From the NCBI GenBank assembly GCA_016198685.1, contig JACQID010000004.1, positions 64,001-128,000 of the forward strand: a DNA stretch of 64,000 bases, written 5' to 3'. The first letter of the stretch is position 1. Each line of letters begins with the position of its first letter. Below the pieces are notes generated by a model. The model saw only the letters and a list, made by a program, of their open reading frames with translations, was not told the origin of the DNA and did not search any database. The position numbers and the translations under genes are program-made. This DNA comes from Candidatus Aenigmatarchaeota archaeon. GTDB taxonomy: Archaea > Aenigmatarchaeota > Aenigmatarchaeia > GW2011-AR5. Shown here in pieces: positions 1 through 8,574 of the stretch.

Positions 1-144
1 GACGCCTTTTTCCGTGAGACACTCGGAGAACGCGTCATAATCAATCTTGGTTGCATGGCCCGTGGGAGGCGTAATCATCGTTGTTAGAAGGAAAGTCGCG
101 GCAACGACAAATCCGGCTATAATGCCGACTTGGAAGGGTTTCAT
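1..144 (-). CDS. N-terminal part (runs off window edge) of a membrane-anchored, probably thioredoxin-fold protein
   Basis: Hand translation from ATG at 144: MKPFQVGIIAGFVVAATFLLTTMITPPTGHATKIDYDAFSECLTEKGV. Hydrophobic anchor plus a DxFxxCLTEKG segment like that preceding CxxC in archaeal thioredoxin-like proteins; the CxxC itself is outside the window. Confidence 0.5.
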   Translation of the reverse strand, partial: MKPFQVGIIAGFVVAATFLLTTMITPPTGHATKIDYDAFSECLTEKGV

Positions 145-166
145 GGCTATAGCTGTCCAAAGAAGG

Positions 167-964
167 TTAAATTTCTTTCATTTTCAAATCCACGACATAA
201 TGAACCCTTCTCGGTGCAACGTCCTTGACTTTTTTCTTTGATATGACATGGAAATCTCCTATCTCATGATGTATTTTCCGGAGTTCATCCCCCCAAAGTT
301 CGCTTTCATCGCATATATCATGATAGTGTATTATTGTGCCGCTCTTCGCCATCGTTAGGGCGATCTTAAGGAATTTCTCTGTTCCCGGAAAATATCCCAT
401 GATTATCCTGTCTGCTTTCTCAGGTATCAAGACTTCGCGGTTGTCTGCGTTGATTACTTGCACGTTGCCAAGCTTGTTCAGTTTTACGTTTTCTTCAAGA
501 TAGTGAAATGCGTCAGGATTTTTTTCGATGGCGATGACGCGCTTCGCTTTTTTTGCAATGCCGATGGTAAAATACCCTATGCCGGCGAACATGTCTATGA
601 CGGTTTCTTCTGGCATAATCGAACTCAAAAGACGTTTTCTTTCGGTCAGATTACCCTTGGAAAACATGATTTTTGCAGCGTCAAGCTTGTAGATTATGCC
701 GCTTTCCCTGTGCAGTGTTTCCGTGCCGTTGCCTGCAATCTTTGTGATTATCGGCTGCCTTAGTTCTCCTGTAACAGAAGAGATATCGCATACTGTTTTA
801 ACATACGGCAATATTTGCATTATTCCTTTGGCGGCATCTGCCTTTTCCTCTTCGCTGAGGCGCAACATCTTGGCAAGGAAGACGTGCCCCAGCACCTGAT
901 ACGACGCCGGAAGCCGCTCTTTCGGTATTCCCGTCATCACCGACAGCTTTTCAACGAAGCGCAT
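167..964 (-). CDS. taw2: tRNA(Phe) wyosine-pathway aminocarboxypropyltransferase (Taw2/TYW2; Trm5-like SAM fold)
   Basis: DMFAGIGYFTI SAM motif and ADRIIMGY (Taw2-like, rather than the Trm5 MNLP motif); 265 aa; near taw1. Confidence 0.75.
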   Translation of the reverse strand: MRFVEKLSVMTGIPKERLPASYQVLGHVFLAKMLRLSEEEKADAAKGIMQILPYVKTVCDISSVTGELRQPIITKIAGNGTETLHRESGIIYKLDAAKIMFSKGNLTERKRLLSSIMPEETVIDMFAGIGYFTIGIAKKAKRVIAIEKNPDAFHYLEENVKLNKLGNVQVINADNREVLIPEKADRIIMGYFPGTEKFLKIALTMAKSGTIIHYHDICDESELWGDELRKIHHEIGDFHVISKKKVKDVAPRRVHYVVDLKMKEI

Positions 965-999
965 AGCACTAAGAAAATCGCAGAAGATAAAAGCTTTCT

Positions 1000-2355
1000 T
1001 TGCGATGTGGAAGTATGCCCGAAGACCTTACAGTCGTGATTGTTGATGGCGGAGGACGGGGGCATGCGATTTCTGAAGCGTGGGAAAGCCATCCGGAGGT
1101 CAAGCGAATAATCGTCACTCCGGGAAATGATGGAATTGCCTATAACCGGCAGAAGGAAGTCGTAATAGACAGGCGGGGAAACCTGAAGGATGCGGATTCT
1201 ATATTGGAAGTTGCAAGAAGGCACATAGGCCTGCGGGAACGTCATCTGGTTGACGTGGCTCAGGATGACGCAATCGCCGCCGGCACTGTGAACAAACTCC
1301 GTGCCGCGGGTTACAATGCATTCGGTCCCACTGCAGAGCAAGCGTGGATAGAATCTCACAAGGGACATTCCAGGGACTTCATGGAAAGGCACGGAATACC
1401 GCATCCGGATTATCGCATTTTTGATTCCGAGGACGGCGCCATCGCATACGTGAGAAGGGTATACGAAAAAAATCCGAAGAAGGCAATGTATGTTAAAGCA
1501 TCTGGTCTCGCACAGGGCAAGGGCGTTTTGATGGCAGAATCTTTTGATCAGGCTATAGACCGCATATATGCGATGAAATCTTTCGGCGCGTCTGGGCATA
1601 ATTTTGTCATAGAAGACGCGCTTTTTGGCGAGGAATTTTCGGCATTCGCGCTTGTCAACGGCCGCGATTACGTCCTTCTCGGCAATGCGCAGGACAATAA
1701 ATTGTCGGAAGACGGTGATAAAGGCCAACAAACAGGAGGCATGGGAGGAAATTCGCCTGCAATGGTCACTATGGGAATAGAAGATGCTGTGGATAGGGAA
1801 TTGTTCAGAAAAGCGATAGAAGGCATGTAGGGCGAAGGCTATTCATACGAAGGAATTTTATACGTAGGCGGCATACGGGTAGGAGACGATCTGTGGAACA
1901 TAGAATACAATGCAAGATGGGGCGATCCCGAGGCGCAACTTGTTCTGCCGTCCCTCCGTAACTATCCGCATATGGTTCTTGACAGCATGAATGGCAAGCT
2001 CAAAGGCGCTGCTGTATTGAAGGACGGGAAAGCGAGGGCCGGAGTCGTTGGCGTTTCCAAAGGCTATCCCGGAGATTACTCAGCCGTGAGAGGCAAGGAA
2101 ATATACGGAATAAAGGAAGTGGCGGAAATGCCCAATATCAGATTCTATAGCGCCGGAATATCCATGCAGGACGGACGATTTTATGCCGACGGGGGAAGAC
2201 TGTTCACGGTCGTCGGCGAAGGCAATGACATTCTGGAAGCCCGCGACAGGGCGTATGATGCAATGAATTACATATCAATAGAAGGCGGCAATCTGCATTA
2301 TCGCAGGGATATAGGAAGAAGGGACGTGGAGAGGTTTCTTGGCATATTGCGCTAA
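1000..2355 (+). pseudogene. purD: Phosphoribosylamine-glycine ligase (ATP-grasp) interrupted by one in-frame TAG at 1828-1830
   Basis: ORFs 1000..1830 and 1972..2355 share a frame. Reading through TAG gives GM*GEGYSYEGILY...IEYNARWGDPEAQ. Other PurD motifs: VKASGLAQGKGV, TGGMG, GYPGDY, GGRLFTV. Confidence 0.85.
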
Positions 2356-2393
2356 TAACCAGTTAAAAAGCTTTTTCTTTAGTTATAGAGTAT

Positions 2394-3428
2394 ATGCTTC
2401 CAGTACTCAACAATCCAGTTGCACAGGCAAAAGAACCCCTTTCAGATTGGGTTCCGGCATGGATGAAAAGAAAAATAGGCATAGTTGAGCGTGCCGGCTA
2501 CAGAATAGTGGGGCCTCACAAGCATTCTGCAGTAAAGATATGCCATTATACAAAACAGGATATACGAGGAAAAGATGTTTGTTACAAATGTAAATTTTAT
2601 GGCATATCTTCCAGCCGTTGCCTCCAGTTGACTCCTGTTGAATTTTTTTGTTCGATGAACTGCAAATTTTGCTGGAGAAACCTAGGATATATAATGCCTC
2701 CGGAGAATTTTCCATGGGACTCGCCGGATGAAATACTTGACGACGCGATAAGAGCGCAGCGAGAGCTTCTAATGGGCTTCTGGGGTTCGGATGCTGACAA
2801 GGAGAAGATGGCGAAGGCGATGGAGCCTAAGCACGTGGCCATATCATTGTCCGGCGAGCCGTGTCTTTATCCCTATCTTCCGGAATTCATAGACAATATC
2901 ATAAAGAAGCGTGATATGACCGCATATCTTGTCACAAACGGTGCGCATCCTGAGATGGTAAAAAAGCTCATAGGTCATCAGCCAACGAATCTTTACATTT
3001 CTGTGTACGGGCCGGATGCCGAGACATATCAGAAGACCTGCATGCCTAACGTCCCGAATCCGTTCCCGAAGGTCATGGAATCGCTTTCGCTAATGAAACA
3101 CTTTGCATGCAGGACGGTCGTGCGATTCACCATGACAAAGGATTTCAATTTCAAGGAGCCCGAGGCATACTCCAAAATCATAAGCATGGCACAGCCGCAG
3201 TGTGTTGAAGTCAAGGGTTACATGAACGTCGGCGGCGCGCGGGCGCGCCTCACAGCCGGCAACATGCCGACGCATGACGAGATAATAAAATTCGCGGAGA
3301 TACTCGAAAAGAACACTGATTACAGGATCATGAACCAGAAGGCGAATTCTCGTGTTGTACTTCTCCAGCGCCCGGATATGAATCTTACGCCTGAGGAAGT
3401 CATGAGCGATGATGCGTTTACAGGTTAA
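2394..3428 (+). CDS. taw1: 4-demethylwyosine synthase, radical SAM (Taw1/TYW1)
   Basis: AVKICHYTK...CYKCKFYGISSSRCLQLTP, CxxxCxxC (CSMNCKFC), AISLSGEP, VEVKGYM. Confidence 0.95.
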   Translation: MLPVLNNPVAQAKEPLSDWVPAWMKRKIGIVERAGYRIVGPHKHSAVKICHYTKQDIRGKDVCYKCKFYGISSSRCLQLTPVEFFCSMNCKFCWRNLGYIMPPENFPWDSPDEILDDAIRAQRELLMGFWGSDADKEKMAKAMEPKHVAISLSGEPCLYPYLPEFIDNIIKKRDMTAYLVTNGAHPEMVKKLIGHQPTNLYISVYGPDAETYQKTCMPNVPNPFPKVMESLSLMKHFACRTVVRFTMTKDFNFKEPEAYSKIISMAQPQCVEVKGYMNVGGARARLTAGNMPTHDEIIKFAEILEKNTDYRIMNQKANSRVVLLQRPDMNLTPEEVMSDDAFTG

Positions 3429-3620
3429 GCAAATACACTATTTTTTGGCATGCTCCGTCTTTTCCATAAACCCGAGGGAAACCGCAACTTTTAATGATTT
3501 TTTCATGACGGTTGGATTTCTATAGTCCGCGTATTACATTATATCCTGCTCAGATTGGTTTTTTATAATGAAAGTCTTAAGGTGAGACTTTCTTCCATAA
3601 TAATCGATTTCATCAAAGAA

Positions 3621-4157
3621 TTAATTCCTATCCTCGGCTATGACTTTCTTCCCGCTCGCTTGAGGCTCTATCTTGAGTTTTGCCTTGGGGAATTTCCTGT
3701 CAAGCTCCTTGCCTTTGAAATATTCGTGCAATATCACTGCAAGAGCAGCAACTTCGCTGTGGGGCTGGCTGCCTACGGCAATGTTATAGTCTGCGGCAAT
3801 ATACATCTGGCCGGGAACTTTTGCGCCGCCGACTGCAATCATAAGGTTCTTTTCCTTTCGTATAGCAGAAATTTTCTTTTGAAGCGGCTCGCCGTACATC
3901 GTCAAGTGGACTATTTTTACCCTCTTTTTTTTTGCTTCTTTAATCGGCTGTTTCCAGTCTTCGATATAGCTTACCTTGAACTTTCCGCCCCATTTTCCGG
4001 CAACTTCGGTAACGCTTGCAAGCATGGCATCATCTTTTTCATCAGTGTATATGACTTCATTCGCGCCAAGGGCGCGTGCAGTAAGACCCACGTGTGTAGA
4101 GAGCCTGTCGTCCCTGTGCAGGCGATGTCCAAGGCGCAAAACAGTGACTTTGCCCAT
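3621..4157 (-). CDS. trm56: tRNA (cytidine(56)-2'-O)-methyltransferase, SPOUT
   Basis: LRLGHR...RLSTHVGLTARALGA, VHLTMYG, QPHSEVAALA. Confidence 0.95.
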   Translation of the reverse strand: MGKVTVLRLGHRLHRDDRLSTHVGLTARALGANEVIYTDEKDDAMLASVTEVAGKWGGKFKVSYIEDWKQPIKEAKKKRVKIVHLTMYGEPLQKKISAIRKEKNLMIAVGGAKVPGQMYIAADYNIAVGSQPHSEVAALAVILHEYFKGKELDRKFPKAKLKIEPQASGKKVIAEDRN

Positions 4158-4166
4158 AATTATCAC

Positions 4167-4502
4167 TCAGAAAACCGTTTCTCCCGGCGTCGTTATTGAT
4201 ACATGAGCGAATTCCTTGTCTTTTGATCCGTGCCAGTGCCTCTCGCCTGCAGGAACGAACACAACCATGCCAGGCCTTACAATATTTTCCTCCTTTTCGG
4301 TGGCCAGCACGCCCTCCCCTTCTGTAATGTAAAGCACCTGTTCATGAGTATGATGGTGGAGCTTAGTCCTTGCGCCGGGCGAGAACTTCACCAGTGCAAG
4401 ACGTATATTCCGGTCAACAAGCGTTTTGACAGTCACATGCCCCTCAAAAATATCAGAAGGATTGGTCTTTTCTTCGGCTTTTGCGATATCAATGACATTC
4501 AT
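4167..4502 (-). CDS. Cupin domain protein
   Basis: HHHTHEQVLYITEGEG and VPAGERHWHG cupin metal-binding motifs. Confidence 0.85.
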   Translation of the reverse strand: MNVIDIAKAEEKTNPSDIFEGHVTVKTLVDRNIRLALVKFSPGARTKLHHHTHEQVLYITEGEGVLATEKEENIVRPGMVVFVPAGERHWHGSKDKEFAHVSITTPGETVF

Positions 4503-4579
4503 GAAAATACATTAAAGTGACGGTTTTTATACCTATTTTTGCCATTTATTAGTTCTCTGGTTTCATTGAAAAATAAAAA

Positions 4580-4652
4580 TAGCCCCGAGCGGATTCGAAC
4601 CGCTGTCCGAGGTTCCAAAGACCCCTATCCTTGGCCGCTAGACGACGGGGCT
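4580..4652 (-). tRNA. tRNA-Gln(TTG), intronless, CCA not encoded
   Basis: Reverse complement folds as a cloverleaf: acceptor AGCCCCG/CGGGGCT, anticodon arm GGGGT-CTTTGGA-ACCTC, T arm AGCGG-TTCGAAT-CCGCT; followed by a T-rich tract. Confidence 0.95.
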
Positions 4653-4676
4653 ATAGGCTCTGATTAGAGTCTTAGA

Positions 4677-4684
4677 TTTTTAAA
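4677..4684. promoter_or_regulatory. Candidate TATA box between divergent tRNA-Gln and thrS
   Basis: TTTTTAAA lies about 25 nt from the tRNA 5' end and about 30 nt from the thrS ATG. Confidence 0.4.
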
Positions 4685-4714
4685 GTTAGCCAAGCAAGAA
4701 GAAAAGAGGCATTT

Positions 4715-6403
4715 ATGAAAATATTATTGATACATTCGGATTTCATACAATTCGAGGCGTGGCAGAAGGCCATAAAACAGGCCGAGGAATGGCAGAAAGG
4801 TCAGAAGACGCGCGTTGATGATTGCCTTGTTGTCTTTACAGCCGTGGAAAAACGCGATGAAGGCAACATTGCCCAGGTCACCAAGAATATGATCGACGAA
4901 GTCGAAAAGGTGGCCAAGGAAATTAAGGCAGATAAACTTGTGTTTTATCCATATGCGCATTTGAGCAAAGATCTTTCCTCGCCTGCAACAGCTTTAGAAG
5001 CCTTGCGAAAAGCAGAAGAAACCGCCAAAGAACGGGGATTTGAGTCATTCCATGCGCCTTTTGGCTGGTACAAGGCTTTTGAAATAAAGGCAAAAGGTCA
5101 TCCTCTGTCTGAACTTTCGCGGGAAATTACGGTCGAAGGACCTGCGGCAAGCGCAACAAAGAAGAAGGGTGGCGCGCAGCTAACGCAAGCTGGAGAAACA
5201 AAAGAGCTTAGCGAAGATGATCATAGGCTCCTTGGCAAGAAGCTTGATCTTTACAGCTTCCATGATGTTGCGCCAGGCATGACATTTTTCCACCCAAAGG
5301 GCATGATAATCAGAAATGAACTTATGAGCTTTTGGCGCAGTGAGCATGCAAAACGTGGCTACTCGGAAATCAATACACCTCTTATAATGAACAAGTCGCT
5401 CTGGCAGATGTCGGGTCACTGGGATCATTACAAGGAAAACATGTTCTTTACAACTATTGATGATGTGGAATTTGCAGTCAAGCCCATGAACTGTCCTGGT
5501 GCAATAACGGTTTTTAACAGTTCTACTCGCAGTTATCGCGATCTGCCTATGAAGCTTGCCGAACTGGGCCAAGTCCACCGTAACGAGCTGTCGGGGGTTC
5601 TTTCCGGCCTTTTCAGGCTGCGCTATTTCACGCAGGATGATTCCCATATTTTTGTCCGTGAAGACCAGCTTGAGCAGGAGATAATGAATGTCGTTGATAC
5701 AATAGAACATTTCTACGGCATTTTTGGCTTCCAGTATCACGTTGAGCTATCGACAAGACCGGATAATTCGATAGGCTCAAAGGAGATATGGGACAAGGCC
5801 GAGAAAGCTCTGGAAGACGCGCTTAAGGCAAAGAAGATGAATTACAAGATTAACCCGAAGGATGGCGCATTCTACGGCCCGAAAATAGACTTCCATATCA
5901 AAGATTCCTTGGGCAGGACATGGCAATGTGCAACTTGCCAGGTTGATTTCATGCTTCCTGAAAGATTTGACGCCAAATACATAGGCGAAGACAACAAGCC
6001 GCACCGTCCGGTCATAATACATCGTGTAATATACGGTGCAATAGAGCGCTTCATAGGCATATTGGTTGAGCATTACAAAGGGGCATTCCCTGTCTGGCTA
6101 TCGCCTGTTCAGGTCCGTGTTCTCGCATTGACGGACAATAACAATGCTGCCGTGGAAAGGATTGTGAACATGCTAAGGAACCAAGCCATCAGGGCGGATA
6201 CGGACATGCGGCCCAGCACAGTAGAATATCGCGTAAGGGAAGCCGAACTGCAGAAGATACCCTATATTATAGTAATCGGCGAGAGAGAAGAGCAGTCAGG
6301 TACGGTTGCGGTAAGGAGCCGTGGCACAGGCAAGGTACAATTTGGCGTAAAGCCGGATGCATTCCTTGCAAAGCTAAAGGAAGAAATAGAAAAAAAGGCC
6401 TGA
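4715..6403 (+). CDS. thrS: Threonyl-tRNA synthetase, archaeal type with N-terminal editing domain
   Basis: MKILLIHSD...FYPYAHLS...APFGWYK editing domain; KPMNCPG, RYFTQDDSHIF, FYGPKIDF, QCATCQVDF, HRVIYGAIERF. Confidence 0.97.
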   Translation: MKILLIHSDFIQFEAWQKAIKQAEEWQKGQKTRVDDCLVVFTAVEKRDEGNIAQVTKNMIDEVEKVAKEIKADKLVFYPYAHLSKDLSSPATALEALRKAEETAKERGFESFHAPFGWYKAFEIKAKGHPLSELSREITVEGPAASATKKKGGAQLTQAGETKELSEDDHRLLGKKLDLYSFHDVAPGMTFFHPKGMIIRNELMSFWRSEHAKRGYSEINTPLIMNKSLWQMSGHWDHYKENMFFTTIDDVEFAVKPMNCPGAITVFNSSTRSYRDLPMKLAELGQVHRNELSGVLSGLFRLRYFTQDDSHIFVREDQLEQEIMNVVDTIEHFYGIFGFQYHVELSTRPDNSIGSKEIWDKAEKALEDALKAKKMNYKINPKDGAFYGPKIDFHIKDSLGRTWQCATCQVDFMLPERFDAKYIGEDNKPHRPVIIHRVIYGAIERFIGILVEHYKGAFPVWLSPVQVRVLALTDNNNAAVERIVNMLRNQAIRADTDMRPSTVEYRVREAELQKIPYIIVIGEREEQSGTVAVRSRGTGKVQFGVKPDAFLAKLKEEIEKKA

Positions 6404-6437
6404 TTATCTTTTTTATAGCGCGAGATCAAATTAATCC

Positions 6438-6830
6438 ATGGCATTTGAGCTTCTCCCCCAGGAATTTCTAAATGGGGCAGGATCGGCGTTTTTCATTCTT
6501 GCATCACGACCCGAGACTCTAATACTTCTTGTCGGCTTTGGGATTAGCGCTTTATCGGGCTTTGGTTACGAACTTCTTTTGCATTCGTACATACAACGAA
6601 TGAAAGAAAAACGGCATTTCACAGAGATAGTTTCACGTTATTTCCTGCTCGTTGTACTGGTTCATGCTTTTACATCGGTTTACTTCATCATAAGAATGAG
6701 CCAGTCTCTGACCCCAGGAATGCCGGATTATCTGCTGGCGGACATTGGAATGATATTCATTCTTTTGGTCGTGGTCGCAACTGCCACGAACAACCTCTCG
6801 ATAATAAGGTCATTCGTAGATAAGGGATGA
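6438..6830 (+). CDS. Hypothetical membrane protein (about 3 TM)
   Basis: 130-aa ORF with alternating hydrophobic stretches; resembles the next ORF. Confidence 0.6.
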   Translation: MAFELLPQEFLNGAGSAFFILASRPETLILLVGFGISALSGFGYELLLHSYIQRMKEKRHFTEIVSRYFLLVVLVHAFTSVYFIIRMSQSLTPGMPDYLLADIGMIFILLVVVATATNNLSIIRSFVDKG

Positions 6831-6834
6831 TGAC

Positions 6835-7161
6835 ATGGAACTCCTGAACTTTGCCGTTGTGGTTTATGGGCTTCTCGCAGTCATGCTACTCTTTTTCTTC
6901 ACATACATGGAAGCATACAGGCACGCGAAGAATCTTACAGGAGTTTACCGTAATTTCATAATTTCACTTCTGCATTCCGCGTTGTTTGTCGACCTTGCAG
7001 GAATATTATATTTCGGGCTTCGTCTTCACCAGCTTAACGCAGGATTTGACGGCTTTCTAATCGCAGATATAATGATGGCAATAATTTCAACGATTCTTTT
7101 TGCATTGTCCTACCCGTATCTTCTTGACAAGATAAAAGAGATGGAGAACTTGTACGGCTGA
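6835..7161 (+). CDS. Hypothetical membrane protein (about 3 TM)
   Basis: 108-aa hydrophobic ORF starting 4 bp after the previous one. Confidence 0.6.
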   Translation: MELLNFAVVVYGLLAVMLLFFFTYMEAYRHAKNLTGVYRNFIISLLHSALFVDLAGILYFGLRLHQLNAGFDGFLIADIMMAIISTILFALSYPYLLDKIKEMENLYG

Positions 7162-7371
7162 TCAAACAAGGCCTGCAAGCGTCGTCTGCAATTCCTTCTG
7201 CTTTGCTTCGCCAAACGAGGCCTTTAGTATTGCAAGATCCTTTTCCTTCTTTTTCCTGAAAGTTTGCAGCTCTTCAAGCTTGGCAACCGTTTTGCTCATG
7301 TCTTTGTCAATGCCTGCGATTTCATTCTCGAGCCTGCGTATCTCGGACCGCATCTCGTCTTCGAGAGTCAT
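7162..7371 (-). CDS. Small coiled-coil hypothetical protein
   Basis: Heptad-like charged sequence EIRRLENEIAGIDKDMSKTVAKLEEL. Confidence 0.6.
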   Translation of the reverse strand: MTLEDEMRSEIRRLENEIAGIDKDMSKTVAKLEELQTFRKKKEKDLAILKASFGEAKQKELQTTLAGLV

Positions 7372-7411
7372 TGCTATATTTTTTCTGATTTCTTTTAATT
7401 CTCGCCGGTTT

Positions 7412-8566
7412 TCAGGGTAAATGCATCTTTAAATGAATATTAAGAGGGATCTTGTAGGCAATTCTTCCGCCTATGACGCCTATTTCCTTCCTTCCGAAGT
7501 CATAACCGGCTATTTTTGCTGCTACATCGCCATAAGAAGTAGGAATGCATATTCCATCAGAAAAATTATTGTCGAGCCATTGCATGTATTCGGTTGCTTG
7601 GAATCTTTTCTCGGCGTCCCAGTATAGCGAATACGTAAACTCCCCTGTAGGGTATATCCGAGGATTTTTTATCCTCTCGGCGCCCCACTTTGATTTCATA
7701 TAGGCGTCCATTTCAGGGCTTATGTTTTCCCATAAAGGCAATATTCGCATAATCTCGTCAGGACTGTCAGCATGAATCACCGCATTGGGCACAGGCGTTC
7801 TATACGTCACATTTGCAATCAAGCCATTCGGGCCTTTGCGGAAAAAGAGATCGGTTTTGTAATGTATTAGGCGGCCTTCTGGCGTGGGGACTTCTATGCA
7901 GGAGACATTTTTCAATGCCGTTCTTATGATATCTCGTGTGGCTTCAGGTAGCATATGAATTTCAATGGAGGTTCCTATTTCCGCGCCTAATGCTTTTATG
8001 TAAAGTTCTGGCCGGTTGGCATGAGCTCCTGCAACAAATTTTAAGCTGGATAAAGGCTCCACAAGGCCTTTTTGTATGTCTTTGCTCAGGTCTGCGGCGG
8101 TCTGGCGCATGCGTATAATGCCATGCAAGTCTCCCTTTGAGAGATAAACTCTCCCGTCATTGACAAAGGATTTTACTGCGCCCGAAGAGGCAAGGGCATT
8201 TACTTCCTCCGGGCTCATACTTCTCAGATTCACAAGCTCTTCACTATTGAGAAAATCAAATTCCGGGTTTTCAAGATCTCTGAGCATATTAGCTATCAAG
8301 GGCTCACCGCAAGCCATCGCTCTTTGGGTATCATCTGATGCAAGCGTGGCGGCTTTTTCTTTATCCAAACCCCTAAGCAAGTAATCCCATTGCCGGTAAA
8401 TTTGAAAGGCTTCTTCCGCATTTAACGCACCTCGTTCAATAATTGGCATCATGCCCGTTTCTTCGAAATAACCGAATCCCGGCAGAATTTTTCTTATTTC
8501 ATCAGCGTCTATTCGGTTTGCTCTTTCATCAATCATATGCGTTTTTTCTGTGGAAATCATTTTCAA
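7412..8566 (-). CDS. Hypothetical protein (orphan)
   Basis: 384-aa open frame filling the space between genes; no motif recognised. Confidence 0.6.
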   Translation of the reverse strand: MKMISTEKTHMIDERANRIDADEIRKILPGFGYFEETGMMPIIERGALNAEEAFQIYRQWDYLLRGLDKEKAATLASDDTQRAMACGEPLIANMLRDLENPEFDFLNSEELVNLRSMSPEEVNALASSGAVKSFVNDGRVYLSKGDLHGIIRMRQTAADLSKDIQKGLVEPLSSLKFVAGAHANRPELYIKALGAEIGTSIEIHMLPEATRDIIRTALKNVSCIEVPTPEGRLIHYKTDLFFRKGPNGLIANVTYRTPVPNAVIHADSPDEIMRILPLWENISPEMDAYMKSKWGAERIKNPRIYPTGEFTYSLYWDAEKRFQATEYMQWLDNNFSDGICIPTSYGDVAAKIAGYDFGRKEIGVIGGRIAYKIPLNIHLKMHLP

Positions 8567-8574
8567 TGTCTCTA

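Noticed and set aside
937-1731. Long antisense or shadow ORFs (also 3555..4199, 19654..20379, 24238..24870, 32835..33506, 33983..34630, 48674..49279)
   Set aside because: They lie opposite or within well-supported genes and show no motifs.
1828-1830. Genome-wide TAG reassignment
   Set aside because: TAG terminates spt4 at its expected C-terminus (27532-27534) and other genes (13533-13535, 58398-58400), and no other conserved gene here has an internal TAG.
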